Shown here: in pieces, positions 39,001 to 51,527 of the stretch | Layout of the letters: every line of letters begins with the position of its first letter | Position numbering within the stretch: the first letter of the stretch is position 1 | NCBI GenBank assembly: GCA_964247055.1 | Contig: OZ176054.1 | Coordinates: 1,922,001-1,986,000, forward strand | Direction: 5' to 3' | Length of the DNA stretch: 64,000 bases | From: Paragordius varius | Taxonomy: Eukaryota; Animalia; Nematomorpha | Made by a program: the position numbers and the translations under genes | Notes under the pieces: model-generated | What the model saw: the letters and a program-made list of their open reading frames with translations, nothing else | Database searches by the model: none | Told to the model about the DNA's origin: nothing

Positions 39001-42000
39001 TGTCTTTATCATTTGAAGGAGCTAAAAAGATATTTAAATGTAAAAAACTAATATGTATTGCAAACATTTTGCAAGATAAATGGGAAGCTATAAATTTGAT
39101 TCTTATTAAATTTAGGACTTTATATTTAGAAAAATATCGGAATATACTAAGAGGTTTTCTTGAAATTTTCTGAATATCAAGCGCAATTAAAATACATGAA
39201 ATATGTATTATACAAAATTTGAGTGTCAACACATACATTTCCATTTTTGTCGTTTTAAATTGGTTCTATAGTTTTTTTACTTATTTTTACGTTATAAAAG
39301 GGGTCATTGACAATGTTTTTGTAATAAGTTTGAGGTTTGATGTAAAAAGATAATTGTTAAATTAATTACATTTACTTGCATTATTTATTTGATATACCAT
39401 TACCAACATTCATTTTGATTTATAAAAATAATTTTCAATTTTGTTTGGAATTAACTATTTTAACTGGATCTATGAACCCTCAGTTTTCACTGAAGAATAG
39501 TTGGGATCTACAAGGCATAAACTTGTAAAAATTATTAGTATAAAGGTTATTTTTCTAAAACCAGGTTATCACATGCCTACTTAACACATTTAACCAGTTT
39601 TTCAACTAAATTCGACACTTTTCTAATCACACTCAACACTTTTTTCATTTAAACTCAAAACTTATTTTTAATTAGCTAAAACATCTATTAATATATATCC
39701 TTAAAATAGTTTAATATATTTTGGAATTTATTGACAAAAAATCAGGGCCCTATTTAATTAAATTTAAAATAAAATTTTTTATATGAAAATCAAAATTAAA
39801 TTGATTTAAGATACTATGCGTGTCTATGAGAATTTTTTAATGCTTAAAATAATTTTAAATAAAGCATTTGACTAAAAAGCGTTTGATTGGCAAAAAGTTG
39901 AGTTTAATTGAAAAATTTTGAGTATTGTAAAAGTGTTAAGTGTGGTTGAAAAAAATTCAAAAGTTCTAGAGTTCATAATTTAGATAGCACTTAGTTTTAT
40001 TGCTTAGGAAGCTGATTATTTCAAAATAATTTATATCTTTCAAAAAGACTTTTTCAAGTCATTAAATATATCACATAATATGTTTAAATTTCGGGTGGGG
40101 TGATAAAAAAGTCGCACTTGACTTGTAAGCCAAGCGTGGCAAGTTGAGCAAGATTACTTAAGCCAGCTAGTATACACTTGAAGACGGTGATAAAGAAACA
40201 CTTAAGTCAAGTCGTTTGCTTATGAATGTAACAGTTTTTTGCCACCTAATTCGAATTTTATGGAACTTTTTTGATCATTTTCAGACAAAATTTATGAAAT
40301 AAGGCACAAAAAGATAAACAATTAATACAATATGCATTTATTGGTTTTTCAAACTTACTAGCATGTATCTTATTTAATATTATAGAGTTTTCTAAATATT
40401 GAGTCTGGTAATAATTTAATGAAACCATTCGCCCTTAAAACACTTTCCATTATTTTACCACACTATTTATTTTGTTTGGAGTTGCAAATATAATGGGAAG
40501 ATGTTCATACAATAAAATATATTATTATTTTTAATTGATCAACATTACATTTGAAATATATTTATGATGAATTTCTTTTTTGTTAATAGTGAAGTAACCT
40601 TTAGCGTTTAATAAACGTTTAAAATTTTATAAGATTAATATTTAATTATTAAGTTTAAGAAATTTTCGGGAATCAAATTTTTTTGCGTTCACGAAATATA
40701 TATATTTAGCATATTTTTATATACCATGCTCTTAAATATGAGCAGAGCTTTATAATTTTATTCTCTTTTTTATCCATCCAAAGAATAAATTAATTAGCCA
40801 AAAATTATAAAACATTATAGCATTAACAAAGGTTTAATTACATATAAAACCTAAATTTTATACGTAAATAGTTTCCAAACTAATTTTTCCATATTTTTAA
40901 ATCTGTCAAGTGTGCCCTACATCACACTTCCAAAATCTTTAAGTATTACCTGATCATATGATTTTTTATCACCTCCGAATCAAGATTTCTTGCTTGACTT
41001 AAGTCGTCTTATTTTAATTATTTTATGAAAGCAAGCCTTGACTTGAAAAACTTGCAAGTCAAGTCAAAAAAAATTTTATCACCCACCCTTCAATCTAATT
41101 ACCCATTTTAATGATTTTCAAATTATCTAATTTTTTCTAGGTGATTAAACACACTGTTATCAATAACACCGACGCATCTCCACAAACCAAAAATACCACG
41201 GAATATAAGGCAAATGATTCCTTAAACGTTGAAAACATGCTTTATTCTAATATGGATCGAAATCTTATGGATCAAACGGAAACAATTGGCGACAATCTGG
41301 AAAAAAATATTATATATATTATAGATAAGGTTTTTTATTCGGCTCCTTTTTCAAATTTTAACAAATTATATAAATTAGCATTTTTTCTAGAGTTTTTTTT
41401 TGTAAAAAATTTCGGCAGATTGAGAGATTCATCAAAGACTTCCAGGAAGAATTCAAGATAAATTCTGATTTCAATAATGCTAACTTGGTGCAAGCCATAT
41501 GTTTTGCGACCCTCGGCCCCTTCATTATGCGACAATGGATACATGGAGAATTGGGAAAATTGGTTTTAAATGAAAACAGCTATTTGAGTTTTGCCAATCA
41601 ATTACCCGAATATTATAACCGATATTATGATCTAAATAAACTATTAGCTCTCCAACTCGAAGATAACACCATTGACACAAATGGTTCGTGTATTACTTTT
41701 ACATAAGATAATTTTTGTGAAAAAAATTCTGATTTTATTTAAATTTTTAAGTTTAAAGTTTTCAAGTTAACTTTGATTTTACCCTTAAAATGAATAAAGC
41801 GATAAACTTACTACCTTGCTGAACATATCTATTATATAATTTGTGAATTTAGATCTTATGAGCAAGATAGTTTTGGACCTCAAAGTATGGCTTGACCGAG
41901 AAAATGGTATATTTTATTAAAATAAAATTTTTTATGATTTTTATATCTTTTTATACCTACATTTACCTTAATAGAAGAGTGGGGAGAGCCCGAAATTATT

Positions 42001-45000
42001 AATACAAACTATGAATCAGGAATAAGGTAGGATTTTACCAATATACCTCTCTAATTATAATTAAAACTACAACTTTTTTACTTATTTTTTCTTATTTTAG
42101 TTCTGATTTCGTCAAAAAAGATTTGAAAGAAAATACAGTTGTTAGAGCAAGGGGGTTACCCTGGCAATCTTCTGATCAAGACATAGTCAACTTTTTCCGC
42201 GGACTAAATATCCACAAGTACCATATATAAAATTTTATTTTTGAAAATTGGCTATGGACGCAAACCCATAGCGACTCTTAAAATGATAGTATTATAAAAT
42301 GCGCCCTTTCTATGACATATTAAAATATATGAATAAGTTTTAAATTAATCTAATACTTTTCAACTCAATTCGCAAAAACCTGGTGCTAATATTTTAAAAT
42401 ATTATCAATATGTTTTAACACCTAATAATTAATTTGTCCATCATAATTATATATATATATATATATATATAGAGCTGGTATTGCCCTATGTCTAAGTCCA
42501 CAAGGTCGAAGAAATGGCGAAGCTTATGTTATGTTTGAAAACAGCGAACAGCGTGAATTAGCTCTCCAACGGCATAAAAACCATATGGGAAACCGATATA
42601 TTGAAGTTTATAGAGCTGGCATAGATGATTTTCTCAAAGTAGTTTCCGGTAATAATTAAATTTTCTTTCTTATATATATCATGGCAAAATAAATTTAATG
42701 ATATATATATATATATTTTTAATCTTTTATAGGGTCAAGCGTGGAAGTTAAACAATTTTTATCACAAGGTGCCGAAGTTATTGTGAGAATGCGAGGACTC
42801 CCATACGATGCAAATGTTGACACTATTGTAAGTGTTTATTAATAAAGATGTGCTAAAATAAAATATTTTTTGTACAGCGGTTATGACATTTTATATAAAT
42901 AAAAACATATTGATTGCCATTTAAGCGCTTGTTAGAGCGGAAAACAGAAAAAAAAATGTGTTAAAAGCCGTATAATTTGACAAATTAAATAAAAGAGACA
43001 CCAAGAATCAATCTGGCCTTTAATACCAGTCACAAAATCCTCACCTTTGAAAATGATATGCCACATTTGTAACAAGGGTTAACAACCAGTTTAAAAACTG
43101 TTTTCCAATTATTCTTGAGTCACAAAACTAATTTTTGATATATTACGCGGTTGATTCTTGGGACTGCTGGTTAATTTACTAACTTATTTTGGCGGTAGGA
43201 AGGGTTCAAATTTTTCCCAAACTTATGGATTTTGGATAATGTTATATAATAATAATACAATCTATATTATCACTTAGTGTATGTATTTATTTGGGCTATA
43301 TCAAATATCATTATAAGACAATTAAGCACTACTTTTATACTTTAAAAGGTTTGATCGTATCAAAACGACTGAAACCTAGATACTGAACCTTTAACATTAG
43401 AAATTTTTTAAATTTTATCGGGCTTTAGACTAGTTTTAGTTCAAGGCATTGTTTATAACTACCATTAGCTGAATGTTTGAAAAAACTTTTATACTTTATC
43501 ATTTCTATATAGTACAACTTTTATGCTACCAATTATCTTAAACAAGCTTTGCCAAATTCTGTTGAACCCAAACCAATGGCTATTTTATTCGTTCGGCGTT
43601 CTGATGGACGAGCCACTGGCGATGCTTTTGTCTCTTTCCGAACTGAGGAAGAAGGGAAAGCCGCACTTTCCATGCACAGAAATAGTATTGGGAATCGGTA
43701 TATTGAAGTATTCCGAAGTACAACTTCAGAAATTCAACAGGTAGTATTTAAAAATTATAATTTTAATGATGAAATATGGAAAACATATACTATATTTATG
43801 TTCTTCACAAAGTTTTTATTTAAAATATGTAATTAGTAATTAGTTAATTATAATTGTGAACTTACAGTTGAGTAAGTATACATTACAAGAAAGTTATAAA
43901 TTAATGCCAAATATACAACAAAGGGCAGTATAATTGGCTTATAGTTATTTTTTTCACTTTTATTGTTAACCAATAATAATGCCCTTTGTTGTATTATTAT
44001 TCGGCATTAACTAATAACTTTCTGGCAATATATATTTACTCATACTGTACATTTAAAATATAGTGTATTTTTGTTATTTCTTTAATAACTAAAAACATTA
44101 ATTTATATTTGCAAAATAAAAGAGCTTTTGCTGAAAAACAATCAACATTTGATGGCGAAATGTTTGGGTTTTTACTCATTATAAAAAATATATCATAAAC
44201 TCTAATCCTAGAATGCATATTTTTATGCAAAGCATTGGAGTTTTTTCGAATTTAAAACTTCATAAAGTTTAAATATAAACTAGGCGTGTTAAATTTTTGT
44301 ATATTTTTTGGGTATGCCAGGTTGTGAATCGAAGTTTAGGATTTAGTAATCAAACATTTGGCTTTACAAAACCGGGAAACAACAATTTAAGGCTAATACA
44401 AAATGGCGATTCCATAGATCAACCTAATCACCCGCTACAAAATGGCAATTTTAACGTTTTACCACACGAAAAGCTTATACCACCCTTTCAAGCTGTTACC
44501 AGTCTTTCAAGTATAATTTTTACTCAATACCATCTCAAAATCCAACATCTAATTTGAATTTAATTACAGATTATATTTTGCACTAATTATTTAATAAATT
44601 TTGAATTTGGAAAAGAGAGTGTAACTTTCGTTTGAGGTATTAGATTTTGGGAAGATAAAAAACGCTTTTTATTCATTGAAATCTTTCCGCATATATATAT
44701 ACAATCTTTGGTAAAATATAGTATATATATGTTTTTAGATGGAAGGCAAATCTATAATGATCAACAACCATCTTTGCGGGAAAGCGGTTTATCTCAAAAT
44801 GTAAATGGTGACGTTTCAGTCAATCCGTTGGCACATGCAAATAATCACGTAAACTTGAATAATAACCCCTTTCCCCACGAACTCACGCAACATGTGTCGT
44901 CGCACATCATACCAAACAACGGAGGACACCGTCCAGCTCCATCAAATTCATTTCTCTTGTCAGTCCCTAACGTACCTCATGATCTTTCTTTCTGTCCTTC

Positions 45001-48000
45001 TGATACTCATACTAATTTATCAGATCACTCGAATAGTTTACGGCCTTCAACCTTACCCCTAGGCCTAACTGGATTACTATCTGACAGTCATGATGGAGTT
45101 CATGCTACTACCGAAATCAAAAGGAGTGATCCACCACCATTTTTCTTTGCTAACGGTTTGCCTAACGGTTTAATGGCTGTCACACATCAGTCGAGTCCGG
45201 TTTATCAAAATGGAAATATTAGCCTCTTACCGAATGGGCTCAATCCACCCCATGGTATGCAATGAAAAAAATTTTAGTTTTATAACTTAATTTTGTTTGA
45301 AAATTGAAAAAAAGCTGTACTTTATTTCATAAAAAAATAGGAATGACGCCAACCGGACCCCCGCCAATAACGCCAATCTTCCATTTACCCATGCTTAATA
45401 GTCCAACGTCACCGATTGTGATTCCAGGAACCTATAAACTTCCATTAACTTCCACAGCAACGTATGTACCACAAAGCATTACACGCGGCAGTAAAAAGGA
45501 TTGTATCAGACTTCGGGGTTTACCCTTTGAAGCTAAAGTCGAGCAAATTTTAGAGTTTTTGGGCGATTTTTCCAAGTTCATCATGTATCAAGGTGTTCAT
45601 ATGATCTACAATGTACAAGTAAAAAGGATAAAATTAATTTTTTATTAAAGGTGGTTAGCATTTGTGTTTGTCATAACCAATCGAATGATTAGAACTTTAC
45701 AATAATTTAGTAAAAAGCTGAAATTCTTTATGACTAATTATAATTCGTCAGGGGAATCCATCCGGTGAAGCCTTTATCCAAATGAATTCGGAACAGTCTG
45801 CAAAAATGACCTCACTTGCATGTCACAATAAGTATATGAAATTTGGTCGAAAACAACGCTATATTGAAGTCTTTCAATGCTCCGGAGACGAAATGAACCT
45901 TATATTGTCCGGTCTCCCGCCAGCTGGAAAATTGAATAAAATGGCCGCCACCGTAGCAATGGCGAGCAGTAATACAATTAGTAACTTTTCTGACATAAAT
46001 CAAAATATGAATGGTAACAATAACTTGGCGGGACAAAATGCAACAGCTATGAACGATTTAATATTTCCAAGTATTATAATGTCACATTACAATATTGTTT
46101 GTAATTTATATAATCACAAACGGTAAAATATGATTAGAGAAGAGTTTAATACTTTTTTTGGTTAAAAAGGTTGTTTTTTTGGAGATGGGTTTGGGTTGTT
46201 TTAACCGCGGTGTTTGGGATTAAAGGGAAACATATTTGGTGGAATGAATGGTGAAGGGTGCAAATCAACGGTTTTTTTTACAGCATTTAATGGATGATGG
46301 GAAGAATATATTTGTGAAATATTAAAAATACATATATATATGTGTAAAGGTTGGTGTTTAGATTTGTTGTCTCCTTCTCCCATCCCATACTTTTGCCCTA
46401 TTGCTCTCGATTACAATTGGTGGAATCATTTACAAAATCAAAAAAATAGCCCAAATAACATGCATTTAGATCCAAAACTACTTAAATCCTTTACGACCAC
46501 TCATGTTAAAAATTATAACAAGCAATATGTTGCACAATCTAAGAAATCGAAAATACCAAACCTCCTTTCTACACATGTGTCATCTGAATCAGGCGGAATC
46601 AAAACTTCATCAAATGTGCATTGTGAAAAGAATATGAACCATTCAAAATTTTCATCATGTGCCGTCAATTCAATGTTAGACGTGCAAAAATATCGGACAG
46701 ATCAATTTTTAAGCAAACCCGATATATTCATACCACCACATTATACTGAAGCAATATATGGCATATCTAATGACAGCATCATGTACCTCCAAATTACTAG
46801 TCCATCCTTTATTTTCCCTTACCCAACACCTCCGTTAAGCCCCGAATCTAGCATAGGTGATAATTAATTCAAATTATTGGTATGTATAATATGTTTAATT
46901 TGTTGGATTTTTTAATATAGAATATTAAAGTTGTTTGCTTGCAGAATAACTCTTTCATAACTTGGCATATGTTTTACCTCAGAATACGAATCCCAAATTA
47001 TAAAAAAATTTCAAAAAAATTTTGATTTAAAATAAGCTGTTTGTTAAATTTTTAGGTGCTAATTTCAGACTTTTTATACAAAACTCTTTAAAAAAGAAAA
47101 GCTCTTTTTATCTAATACATAAGTATAATGTATGATAATTATAATTAACAACCTTTATAAAATTGGTAGTAACGAGAAAACTCGGCAAAATAAGAGCTTT
47201 GAAGTATTAAAATCAGCGGTTTAATTTTATCACATTCGAATGCAATTTCGATTTTAGACCATAGAACTCATAAAAATATAATTAAAAAAAATCATTTTTT
47301 TTATTAATTTTTTTTTATTTTTAGATGGTAATGGTATAACTGAAAACGGTGAATTTTCATCTCCAAATTTGATTTATTTAGCAAACACTACTGCAGCACC
47401 TCAATGCGGATTTCCACAAGGGATGGATGTGTCCCCTTATATTCCATTCACGACCCTTAATGATGTAAGAGAATATACCTTAGGAAAGTTTTTGACTTCA
47501 AACTTTATATAATCTTGTGATTGCAATGTATTATTTTTTTTATAAAGGGTACAAATTCTCTACTTATACCATTGACAATGAACGGTGAAAATGGTCATTT
47601 GGAATATAATCCTAAGACAAAGTATGATCTACTATATATTTATCATTAAATGATCGAGTATTTCAATCTTGTTGTCGAAAAACGAAATTCTTTGGCAGAA
47701 TAGATTTTTAACCTAGAATAATTAAATATCTATATTTTTTAATTTTTAATTCTTATTTTTTCAGAGTTATTATATGTAAACTATTGATTGACAATTTTGG
47801 TTCTTAGGCTTACCCTAAAATTCTTATAAAGAAAACATGCTTTTAAAAAGAAAGAATCACAATATTTAATTCCGCCTTTGTTCATGAGATTGCATATGAT
47901 TTTTCAATAATTCTTTTTTTTATTTTTTTAAACTAAATTTACATACCTACCCATTTTTAGTGACAATCCTAGCGCTCATATAATGCACTCTCTAAGTTTG

Positions 48001-48054
48001 GATGCTCAATTTACATCTGGTGCTAATAATTATGTGAATGCTGTGGCTTTTTAA
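36087..48054 (+). CDS. ESRP: Epithelial splicing regulatory protein / fusilli orthologue (DnaQ-like N-terminal domain plus 3 RRMs), 17 coding exons, 1211 aa
   Basis: Exons 36087-36428, 41141-41329, 41419-41683, 41853-41906, 41975-42026, 42101-42217, 42473-42648, 42733-42827, 43513-43740, 44321-44510, 44739-45254, 45341-45618, 45752-46070, 46350-46856, 47325-47464, 47548-47621 and 47961-48054 (3636 nt). RRM1 [16 protein letters not shown]...GRRNGEA...[10 protein letters not shown]; RRM2 IVRMRGLPY...[10 protein letters not shown]...RYIEVFRST; RRM3 [10 protein letters not shown]...[11 protein letters not shown]...[10 protein letters not shown]-terminal exon choice is less certain. Confidence 0.93.
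39595..39955. mobile_element. Inverted-repeat element in ESRP intron 1
   Basis: ttttcaactaaattcgacacttt...tttaaactcaaaac versus aaaagttgagtttaattgaaaaa...aaaagtgttaagtgtggttgaaaa. Boundaries are approximate. Confidence 0.45.
40093..41088. mobile_element. Non-autonomous TIR element of about 1 kb in ESRP intron 1
   Basis: Left gggtggggtgataaaaaagtcgcacttgacttg; right caagtcaagtcaaaaaaaattttatcacccaccc; subterminal GACTTG/CAAGTC repeats. Confidence 0.7.
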
Positions 48055-50160
48055 CACTCATATGTAGTACTCTGTATAGGCAAAAAAAGCAATAAAGTTC
48101 CCATATGACAACAAGTTTTAGATGTTTAACAAATTTCTTGGTTTTTTTTCTAATCTAATCTAAACAATAAAAAATTAGTAATGTATAAATTTGAAAATTT
48201 GAAACCGGCAAGCCAAACAAACATACATGCTATTCTATTGATATTATATATATATATATATTTTAATTAACATTTTTTCCATTTTATATCAATTTTAAGC
48301 TAAAACTCCATGAATATGCATAGAGACATTTTTATTTTCAATCTATAATGTCAATATTTTAATAAATAAATTGCCAAATTTTTCTTTAAGAAATTTTAAT
48401 ATCTATGCAACTTCATTACTGAATTCCAAACCTTGGTGCTATTAACATATTCGTACTAATTAATATATATAATTTTAAAATAAATTATTCCATTTTCCTC
48501 AAAAAAAGTTTGATTATGCAATTTATTTTTAATTTATATTATAATATTTATAATTTTGATATACAATGTATTTTATTTGCAGCCAATGAACGATGAAACC
48601 AACTTCTTAACCAAATATTTTTTATAACTTTTTTATTACCTTATAGCACATTGCCCTATTAAAAAGATCAAATCATACATATTTATTTTTGAAAATTGAT
48701 ATATACAATATTTTTGCGTTTATAATTCAATAAATTAAATAAATTTTTTGGATATTTTTTAACATGGTGCAGAGTCCTTTAAGAAGTTTGTTATGCACAC
48801 AAAGAGCTATGATTAAACATTTCTGGTATATTTTGAAAAAAAAATTAGGCAAAATTTTGGGGGGAAATATTTTAAAACTACCCTATTTATATATTTGCCA
48901 TTTGCCACGTTATCTAAATCAACCGATGCTTATTGCAATACCATTTGAATATTAATAAAAAACATATTGGAACAAAAACAGTAATTTGGAATATGTTTCA
49001 AAATCACGTGAAATTTTCTCCCAAAAAAGTAGCCCGCGGGAAAAAAAGATCCCTGCTATATAGGTTCAGAGAATCAAAGATATAGCTACTATAAAACATC
49101 AAAATCAATCAATTAATCATTAATTTTCAATAGTTGTGACAAAGTTTCATATTTATTATACTTTTATAATTATATAAATCTGTTATTATTATACATTTGC
49201 TATATTCATATATTAATTTTGGGCATGTTATACTAATACTATATATAAAAATTAATATCACATTGCATTGATTTGACTATAAATTCAAGGGATTTGCACT
49301 GATGGTAAATATAAATCATTAAAATATTGCTGCTTTACATTTTGGAAGGACAAAATTTAGAAAAATTAATAAAAAATATTTAAAAAATCAAATACTGTTA
49401 GGTGTGTGTGTGTGTTAAAAAAGTAATATTTAGTATACTTTACATAAATTTTGCATAATATTTCATGAAATAGGTGCGATAATCTCGGCGTTTTCGATGA
49501 TAGTTCTATATATAATGATTATTTAATGATAAAATATAATAAGCATTAATTTTTTATATACATTATGCGGACGGACAGATCATATATATTATAAATAGAT
49601 AAATCAACATGCAAAAGATCAAATTTAAGTGATTTGAAGACAAGATTATTCATTAGAAAAGTATAAAATTGGAATTGAATCACAAACAGACCATGTGGAA
49701 AATAATAGAATCGTAAATTATCATAATATAAGTAACGAGAGTTATTGGTCAAAAGCGGAATTAATTAAGATATATGTTGCCATATATGAAATTTAGCTTA
49801 TTTGAAAATTGTGAAGTAAAAATACAGTGTTCATTAAATATGTATCTAATAATAAAATTAATCTCATACATGACCACAAATATGTTAAATTAGCCAATTA
49901 AAATTTCTAAATGACCAATAATAGCTCTCATACTGTATTTATGGGCAGAGATATAAAATTTGAATCAAACTATAAAAAGACTAGTTGAAAATCTAAAATC
50001 TATATAACTATCATATTATATATCGTTAAAAATCGTGTAATGAAGAGGAATGCAACACAGATAAAATTGGAAGAGATATGTAGGATTTCAAACATTTTGG
50101 GCATGCAAAAGTAAGAAATATTGACGATTCCATTAACTACTATGGGAATTTAGATTATGA

Positions 50161-51485
50161 TTATGGATAATAGTATACTACTTTTCCATTGTGATTGTTT
50201 GTAAAATTTACGATGCTTGGATCCAATTGTTCCATGTAACGCAAAGTCTTTGGTATATAATAGGAGGATGAGGTAGATAAGCCTGTACGGTTACTTTTTG
50301 AGGTAGAAGGCGCATTTAACAACCAATCGGTAAACAGGGATGGTCGTTCCACAACGCTGGAACAATACGGGTTAAGATCGGTCAAATTTACGGGATATTG
50401 AAATGGTGTCTCCTATTATGTAACGCAAAAACATCATTTATAAGCAATGCTTAAATTTTTTTAATTTTATTAATATTGATATTATAATACAGATGTAATT
50501 GTGAATGAATTTATTCAAGTGAATTTTCGAGCACTTAAAGTAATGTTTGTTAAACATAGAGATAAAATTAAAATATAAACTAAAAATATGTTTGTGATGT
50601 TATTTAAAAAAAAATTTTAATTTTTAGTAAGTAACATTTGTTTACTTATTTTAAATAATTTTTAAAACAAAATTAATATAATAGACATGTTTCGGAACTC
50701 ATAATGGAGTTTCGTGGTAATAATAACTATTAAAGATATTAAATGTTGCGTGTAGGTTTGAATTTCACTAAAATTAAATTATAACACGCTTTTCCAATTG
50801 GGGTCTAAAATGTATCCATCCTATCAATTAATTTATAATACTTTATAAATTTTCGATTGATAATAATGAAAAATTTAACCCATGTTATTCCTTCCATTTT
50901 AAATTTTTTTATATAAATTTACATAAAGCAAATAAATAAATTTTATATTTGAATCTTTATTACCTGTTTGTTTATAATGTTGAGCGGGCAGGATTGCAAA
51001 TGCTTAGCTATCAAACCTGATGTCGAGATAGGATTAAATTTCCAACCTGAAAGTTTACCAAAAGTTTTTGGCATAATCCATTTCTAAACCACACAAAATA
51101 ATTAATGTTTGGGAAGAATTGTTTTTTAATTGCCAATCTAATTATTTAAAAAATGTTTCACCTATAATTGAATATTAAGACTCGTATATTAAGTTTTCTA
51201 AAAATTTAATTTATCTATGAATTTTTGAAATGATTTATAAATTGTGAGCGCAACAAAACTTTTGATTGAAAAACCATACTTTTTTTGACTCAAACAATAT
51301 TATATCAAAACTATCACTTATATCACAGTTGACATTATATTTGAATAAAATAAATCTATGTTGTAGTCTTTAAAAATTGTGAAATAATATAAATGAAATA
51401 GATCAGAGTTGTATTTAAATAATATCTTATGGAAATAAAGCAGTTTATATCCCGAAAAAATTTATGTAATGTTAAATTTTGTTAG

Positions 51486-51527
<42 letters not shown>

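Noticed and set aside
46201-46383. Minus-strand Pro-rich 60-aa ORF
   Set aside because: Best explained as the complement of the G-rich (UGG) patch on the sense strand.
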